From the human T2T-CHM13v2.0 reference genome, Homo sapiens, in assembly GCF_009914755.1 (NCBI RefSeq), contig NC_060934.1: a DNA stretch of 64,000 nt; one strand, given 5' to 3'. Both the position numbers and the translations under genes were made by a program. Below, in pieces: positions 62,601-64,000 of the stretch (within the stretch, counting starts at the first letter, position 1; every line of letters starts with the position of its first letter). The notes under the pieces are model-generated. The model ran no database searches, was not told the DNA's origin, and saw only the letters and a program-made list of their open reading frames with translations.

Positions 62601-63879
62601 TGCAGGAACCAGGTGAGAGGCCAATGCACACCCAAGTTGCCAGGGAAGGGGAAGCAGCATTGACTGTCAAATGCCTCCGTACCTTTCTAAGAGGGACCTT
62701 GTTCTGATCAATAGCAGCCTTTCAGTTATGAGATTAGGCAGGGTCTCAGAAAACAATGCTGCTCCAATCCAATCTCGAGCTCCAGGACTTTAGCTGGTGG
62801 CCAGTAACAGAAGGGCAGGAGGAAATATGAATTTCCCTCTCTTTTGGCATTGATTGTTCCTGCGAATCATGTGTGGGCTTTGATTCCCACACCCCCAAGC
62901 CCGAGCAGGAAGGAAGGAGTGTGCTGGGCTGGGGACTCAGGCCTCATAACTCCCTGGGCCAGGGATCTGATGGGGGAGCAGTTTCCTTGGGCCAGGGACC
63001 AAGTAGAGCAAACGCAGAGTGCGATGGCATCTTGGCGCTGTGATGTCCCACCACCAGCTCGGATAGTCACTGAGGTTTCCTTTGTGTGGTGGGTGGCTGG
63101 GAAGGCATGCGGGGTGCCACGGGAGACGAGCAGGGTATGCAGGAGCATGCCAGTGTAAGCCCCAGCCCCTTAGCACGTTGACGGTGTGTGGACCCCTAGT
63201 GGAACCTGAGTTGGTAACTCTCCCTGTCTCGATGTCACACTCACACACAGAACAAACACATCAGTGACCGATCAGACTGTGGTAAGGTAAATACATCATC
63301 GCAGAGAGAAAGGGGCTTCCAAACTGTGGGCGAGCCTCTCTTGTCTTGCAGGCCCTGGCCTGGGCCTCTTCCAGCAAGTTGCCAGTCACTCTTGGTCATT
63401 GGCCCAACCTGTGGTTCCTAGGAATGGCAGCCTTCCCTTTGCTCAAATCCTCCCCTGCCCAGGAGTATCACTTGCATTTGCTTTTTTACAGGTTGAGCTC
63501 TGGTTATCCAACCTACCTCCCCACGTGAGGCCATTTGGCGGGTAGGACTGTCAAGTATTCAATCATTTGCACCATTACCTTTAATATTAGCTGTATTTAG
63601 TTTATTCATAAAGGCCTGCCTCACATGAGAGGATTCTTTCCATAATCGTGACAATTGCGTGCAAGCTCCCCTCTGAAATGTGTCATCTGTCTCCTTCAGT
63701 AAAAATCCAAATGTTCTTGCTGGGGTTGAAAAGAGAGGGATTTCTTTGGTTCTCTCTCAGCCTCTTTCCAAGAAACTCGATCTTGTCGGGGCATGAACAC
63801 TGCCTGGGCAGCCCTAGATGGCCTTGGATGCAGCAGCTGCCCCAGCAGGAGGCCTCGGGTGGTGGGTGGTAGAAACGGA

Positions 63880-64000
63880 AGGAACCTTGGGATCGGGTAT
63901 TACAAACTCGCCATTTTACAGCCATGGGGACTGAAGCCTAGAGGGGCTTTGAGGGAATTGTTTGTGCTGCCTCATCAGGTCAGTGGTGGTCTGGGTTTGA
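63880..64000 (-). mobile_element. MIR (truncated by the window end)
   Basis: gccattttacagccatggggactgaagcctagagggg...ctgggtttga. Confidence 0.65.

Overview
Anthropoid-primate (most likely human) non-coding genomic DNA, either intergenic or a large intron. No protein-coding exon, tRNA, rRNA, CpG island or CRISPR array can be supported. A large share of the window is interspersed repeat: five full-length AluS and two FLAM monomers, many MIR and L2 fragments, old L1M pieces (one retaining L1 ORF1p homology), an L3/CR1 fragment, MaLR/ERVL LTRs (MSTA, MLT1, THE1, LTR16, MER74-like), a full-length THE1 element, and DNA-transposon MITEs (MER63, MER58A/B, MER53, MER94, MER5, MADE1), many with clean target-site duplications. 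Between the repeats are several AT-rich, repeat-free islands dense in homeodomain/SOX/FOX/POU/RFX-type motifs (about 3.0-3.95, 6.2-6.65, 9.5-9.9, 25.2-25.5, 43.9-44.35, 56.5-57.2 and 58.0-59.0 kb). They look like long-range developmental enhancers, but conservation cannot be seen from one sequence. Other notable items are a 13-unit composite minisatellite, a near-perfect isolated hairpin at 4806-4853, a frame-preserved THE1 internal ORF, and miRNA-family-type MITE hairpins. I found no evidence of a new protein-coding system. Repeat subfamily names come from recalled consensus sequences and need RepeatMasker/Dfam confirmation. The locus was not identified.
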